This document shows, in pieces, positions 34,973-38,659 of a stretch of 38,659 nucleotides of DNA; position 1 is the first letter of the stretch; every line of letters starts with the position of its first letter. The notes beneath the pieces are model-generated. The model saw only the letters and a program-made list of their open reading frames with translations. It had not been told where the DNA came from and searched no databases. Source of the stretch: Candidatus Woesearchaeota archaeon. Its GTDB lineage: Archaea > Nanobdellota > Nanobdellia > Pacearchaeales > GW2011-AR1. Location: positions 1 through 38,659 of the forward strand of contig CAZHCL010000008.1 in NCBI GenBank assembly GCA_964530955.1. The letters run 5' to 3'. Position numbers and translations under genes: made by a program.

Positions 34973-37534
34973 TCAATTAATGTCAATCTCTTTTTCCTTT
35001 TGAGTTTCCTCAAAATGGTCAGAATCCACAGGTATAGCATCATTTAATGGAGGAATGTCTCTCTTTCCACCCACATCTCCTGGAACATAGGCAGTATGTT
35101 CTTCATCCTCAGAAGTTTCTTTCTCAAGTTCCTTAAGCAAAACCTCTTCTATATCTTCATTAGGTCTTTGCACTTCAAGACCTTCTTCTTTCTTTGGAAC
35201 AGCCTTAGCATCATTTTCAACTTCAGGCTCTTCTTCCACAGGGGCCGCATTTTCAACGCTTGCAATTAATTTGCTGACTTTTTCAGCAGCGTCAGCATTT
35301 ACTGATACTGAATTTATTCCTTCCTTAAGCAAGAATTTAACCATATCTTCTCTGCTTCCCGCCTGTCCGCATATACTTGTTTCAACACCAAATTTCTTGC
35401 ATCTTCTTATGACATAACTTATTGCAGAAAGCACGGCAGGATTTGTTTCATCATAGAGAGCCTGAACATCCTTATTATTTCTATCAATTGCAAGCATATA
35501 TTGAGTTAAGTCATTAGTTCCAAAGCTTATGAAATCCATTCCTTCCTCGCAAAGCTCATTGATTACCTGCACTGCGGCAGGAGTTTCAACCATTATGCCT
35601 ATTTTTACATTCTGAGGAACATTAATCTTTCTTGCTATTTCCTTTGTCTGTTTTAATTCAGAAACACTGATTACCTGAGGAACCATTATCCCTATTTTCT
35701 TATTAGGGAATGCTTCTGCAACTTTCTTTGCAGCCATAACTTCTGCTTCTATTATATCTCTGTGCTTCAAGCTAAATCTTATTCCATGATCTCCTAACAT
35801 AGGATTGCCCTCGTGCTCCTGCGGAGCCCCGTCAAGGTGATTGTATTCGTCACTTCTTATGTCAGAAGTTCTTACCCATATTTCTTCAAAATGCTCTGCT
35901 ATTTTTTTCAATCCATTAAATATAACTGAAACGTAATCATTAATTTTTTTATTTTTCACAAAATAAAGAGGGTGTTTTCCCGATTCAGCTATTATTCCTT
36001 CTAGTCTAATAAGGCCAACAGATTTAGATCCCGACTTTGCCGCTCTTTCTGCAAAATCTGGAAGATCAACTATTACTTTTATTTTAGTCTTTGTAGAAAC
36101 AATTTTATTGACTTCAATCGCTTTAGCCTCTCCTTTCCCTTCGTAAACCTTTCCATTGTTTCCATCCACAGTTATGAAAGTACCTTCTACAAGCTTTTTA
36201 GTAGCCTCACCCGTTCCTACGACACAAGGAATTCCCATTTCTCTTGAAACAATTGCTGCATGAGAAGTAATTCCTCCTTCATCAGTTACTATTCCTGCAG
36301 CCTTCTGCATAGAAACAACCATATCTGGATTAGTCATTTCAGTTACTAATATATCTCCCTTCTTTATCTTGTCAATTTCATCAAGATTTTTTATTATCCT
36401 CACAACTCCGGTTCCAACTCCAGGAGATGCTCCAAGACCGTTGAGCAAAACATTTCCATGAACCTCTTTTATGTTTTCCCTTGAATACTTAGTCGTGATA
36501 GGTCTTGACTGAACTATGTATATATCTTTTCCAGAAATTGCAAATTCTATATCTTGAGGTTTTTTGTAATGCTCTTCAAGTTTATTGGCATACTGTGCTA
36601 ACATTTTAATTTCAAAAGTATTAAGGACCTGTTGATTAGCTCTCTCAGGTGTAAGATTGACTGTCTGATTCTGTCCAGAAGAATTTCTTACTATGGCATA
36701 TTTCTTAAGAGAAATTTCACTCTTTAGAATTTTAAAATCATCAAGGTTCTTATCAACTTCATAATGATCTGGTTTTATCATTCCAGAAACAATTCCCTCT
36801 CCCAATCCCCAGACAGCTTCAATAACTATTTCTTCAGTGTCAGAAGTAGGATTTTTTGAAAACATTACCCCAGATTTATCTGAGTCAATCATTCTCTGGA
36901 CAACTATTGCAAGCTGTGCTTTAACATGGGCAAACCCTTTTTTTGTTCTGTAATAAACTGCTCTTGCGGTAAACAATGAAGCAAAGCATTTCTTTACATT
37001 AAGCAACAAATCTTTTTCTCCTTTTACATTAAGGAAACTTTCCTGCTGTCCTGCAAAGCTTGCATCTGCAAGGTCTTCTGTAGTTGCAGAACTTCTGACA
37101 GCAACAAATGGTTTTTCATGAGCGCTTTTCAATATATCCAGAGCACCCTTTTTTAGATTAAGATTCCCAAGGGCTGGTTTGTCAACATCAAGAATATCAT
37201 ACGCCTCCGTTATTGCCTCAGCCATTTCAGGAGGCAGAGAAGCATTTTCAATTAACTCTCTTACCTGCTTTGCTTTCTCCTCGAGCTTTTTAGTGCTTTC
37301 AATATCGATATCTTTTAGAATAGTCTCTATTTTTTCAGCAAGATTGCTTTTCTCAATAAAATAAGAATATGCTTGTGCAGTTATCATAAATCCTGGAGGA
37401 ATAGGGAATTTATTGTTGTACATTTCAGCAAGTGACGCGCCTTTCCCACCAGCTATTGGAACATCTTTGTTGCTTAGTTCAGAGAACCATTTCACAAAGT
37501 TAACACTTCTTTCCATAGCCTCTTTTTTCACCAT
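34973..37534 (-). CDS. ppsA: phosphoenolpyruvate synthase (pyruvate, water dikinase)
   Basis: GGKGASLAEM, VAVRSSATTEDL..ASFAGQQ, VQSRPITT, GGITSHAAIVSRE phospho-His, MVETP, SFGTNDLTQ, SICGQ. Confidence 0.93.
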   Translation of the reverse strand: MVKKEAMERSVNFVKWFSELSNKDVPIAGGKGASLAEMYNNKFPIPPGFMITAQAYSYFIEKSNLAEKIETILKDIDIESTKKLEEKAKQVRELIENASLPPEMAEAITEAYDILDVDKPALGNLNLKKGALDILKSAHEKPFVAVRSSATTEDLADASFAGQQESFLNVKGEKDLLLNVKKCFASLFTARAVYYRTKKGFAHVKAQLAIVVQRMIDSDKSGVMFSKNPTSDTEEIVIEAVWGLGEGIVSGMIKPDHYEVDKNLDDFKILKSEISLKKYAIVRNSSGQNQTVNLTPERANQQVLNTFEIKMLAQYANKLEEHYKKPQDIEFAISGKDIYIVQSRPITTKYSRENIKEVHGNVLLNGLGASPGVGTGVVRIIKNLDEIDKIKKGDILVTEMTNPDMVVSMQKAAGIVTDEGGITSHAAIVSREMGIPCVVGTGEATKKLVEGTFITVDGNNGKVYEGKGEAKAIEVNKIVSTKTKIKVIVDLPDFAERAAKSGSKSVGLIRLEGIIAESGKHPLYFVKNKKINDYVSVIFNGLKKIAEHFEEIWVRTSDIRSDEYNHLDGAPQEHEGNPMLGDHGIRFSLKHRDIIEAEVMAAKKVAEAFPNKKIGIMVPQVISVSELKQTKEIARKINVPQNVKIGIMVETPAAVQVINELCEEGMDFISFGTNDLTQYMLAIDRNNKDVQALYDETNPAVLSAISYVIRRCKKFGVETSICGQAGSREDMVKFLLKEGINSVSVNADAAEKVSKLIASVENAAPVEEEPEVENDAKAVPKKEEGLEVQRPNEDIEEVLLKELEKETSEDEEHTAYVPGDVGGKRDIPPLNDAIPVDSDHFEETQKEKEIDIN

Positions 37535-37607
37535 CCAGTCAAAAAGCTTTAGGGGTTAATAAATGTTTTTTATTTGAATGTCTACTAGAAAATACGTTAT
37601 TATAAAA

Positions 37608-38153
37608 TTATTTTTGCTTGACTTTCTCAAAAAGTATCTTTGTCTTGCAAGGAACCTTTGACTTTACCATCTCAAGAGAATCTCTTGCAACTCTTGCAAC
37701 CTTATCATTTGTGCATGACAAGAAGAATATTGGATGCCCCGCGCCGACTATTGCTGCTCTTCCTATAACTACTCCAAAAGCCTGAGTCATTCCTGTAGAA
37801 ATTCTGTCAGCTCCTGCAACTGCAGCCGCGCTTTTATTTTCTCTTAGTAAATGATGAGGATGAACTTTTACCTGAATGAAATATTGTCCAAGAGCATGCT
37901 CATCCATCTGCTTTGTTATAAGCATTCTGCAAGCCTCTAATGAATTATCTCTTATCTGGCTCCATTCCTCTGCAACCAAAGTAACCGTATATTCATGCTT
38001 TCCCTCTTCGTAATCCTTCTGATTGCCTCCAGAGAATTTGACTATCTTGCTGAATGGAATTGTTTTAATGTAAGACTTGTCTTTCTTTCTAGAATTCCTT
38101 GTGTAAGGTCTTGCCTTTTTCTTAGAATATGCAAGTGCTTTTCTTAATCCCAT
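37608..38153 (-). CDS. rpl10e: 50S ribosomal protein L16/L10e (uL16)
   Basis: QIRDNSLEACR, HPHHLLRENK, GADRISTGM.QAFG...GRAA. Confidence 0.95.
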   Translation of the reverse strand: MGLRKALAYSKKKARPYTRNSRKKDKSYIKTIPFSKIVKFSGGNQKDYEEGKHEYTVTLVAEEWSQIRDNSLEACRMLITKQMDEHALGQYFIQVKVHPHHLLRENKSAAAVAGADRISTGMTQAFGVVIGRAAIVGAGHPIFFLSCTNDKVARVARDSLEMVKSKVPCKTKILFEKVKQK

Positions 38154-38154
38154 T

Positions 38155-38409
38155 TTACTTCGCCTCTACCTCGTTGGTTATTGCCTGTCCAGGAAGACCT
38201 TTTTCAAATATCGCCCTGACAAGTCCCTTATTTCCGTGAGCATCGCTTATTTTTCCCTTAATTATCTTACCAGCAGGTGATTTCCATTCAACTTCCTTTC
38301 CCTTCATTTTCTGAGCTTCAGCTCTTGTCTGGATTCCTAAATCAAGAAGATAATGTTTCTCCTTTATTCTGTGTCTACTTCTTCTGAACTGCACAACTAT
38401 TCCTTTCAT
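38155..38409 (-). CDS. rpl35ae: 50S ribosomal protein L35Ae (eL33)
   Basis: GKEV.W....G..IKGKI..AHGNKG.VRA.F.KGLPGQA. Confidence 0.92.
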   Translation of the reverse strand: MKGIVVQFRRSRHRIKEKHYLLDLGIQTRAEAQKMKGKEVEWKSPAGKIIKGKISDAHGNKGLVRAIFEKGLPGQAITNEVEAK

Positions 38410-38430
38410 ATCTGAGTCTGGAAAGATGGC

Positions 38431-38438
38431 TTTTTAAA
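38431..38438 (-). promoter_or_regulatory. TATA box of rpl35ae-rpl10e (leaderless)
   Basis: TTTAAAAA with 21 nt to the ATG. Confidence 0.6.
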
Positions 38439-38494
38439 GCTTTTTAGGAACTTCTGTTTATTGAAAAAGTATGTCTTATGTCAATAATCAAAAT

Positions 38495-38659
38495 CTAAGA
38501 TACTGCTCTTTGGGCTATATATCCTAAAATTATACCCAATACTATTGCAATAGCTATATTGCGAATAGGGTTATTTGTTAATATTCCTCTCATCTTGATA
38601 AATTTTCTAATAACATCAAAAAGTGATAAAAATGATGATAAGAAAACTATACACCAAAC
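38495..38659 (-). CDS. C-terminal part of a membrane protein, truncated by the window edge
   Basis: Open frame VWCIVFLSSFLSLFDVIRKFIKMRGILTNNPIRNIAIAIVLGIILGYIAQRAVS*, translated by hand. Confidence 0.65.
   Translation of the reverse strand, partial: VWCIVFLSSFLSLFDVIRKFIKMRGILTNNPIRNIAIAIVLGIILGYIAQRAVS

Noticed and set aside
1-38659. Prophage, IS element or integrase
   Set aside because: No transposase, integrase, capsid or terminase motifs and no convincing terminal inverted repeats were recognised.

Overview
AT-rich, densely packed archaeal window. The gene content (single fused RpoA, unsplit RpoB, eL33, unlinked 5S rRNA, bacterial-type RpiB/Rpe, many orphans) points to a DPANN lineage, most likely Pacearchaeota; this is inference, no search was run. 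Core content: tRNA-Arg(TCG), tRNA-Asp(GTC), 5S rRNA, gatB, gltX, rpoN, the rpoH-rpoB-rpoA-nusA/rps12-rps7 cluster, rpl10e, rpl35ae, an Rpp21-like RNase P subunit, ppsA, a tpiA-PRTase-rpiB-rpe-ASCH-methyltransferase operon, a DoxX plus FAD oxidoreductase pair, a DinG/XPD-like helicase, and a four-gene block (two unknowns, an inserted TIM-barrel protein, a nucleotidyltransferase-HEPN fusion). No CRISPR array, integrase, transposase or reverse transcriptase is visible. The most unusual signal is non-coding: two identical 50-bp copies (8746-8795, 9576-9625) of a tRNA-5'-fragment-like sequence. Each has a TATA box 23 nt upstream, each lies antisense to the end of a membrane-protein gene, and both are homologous and inverted relative to the nearby tRNA-Asp. 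All calls come from motif recognition by eye.
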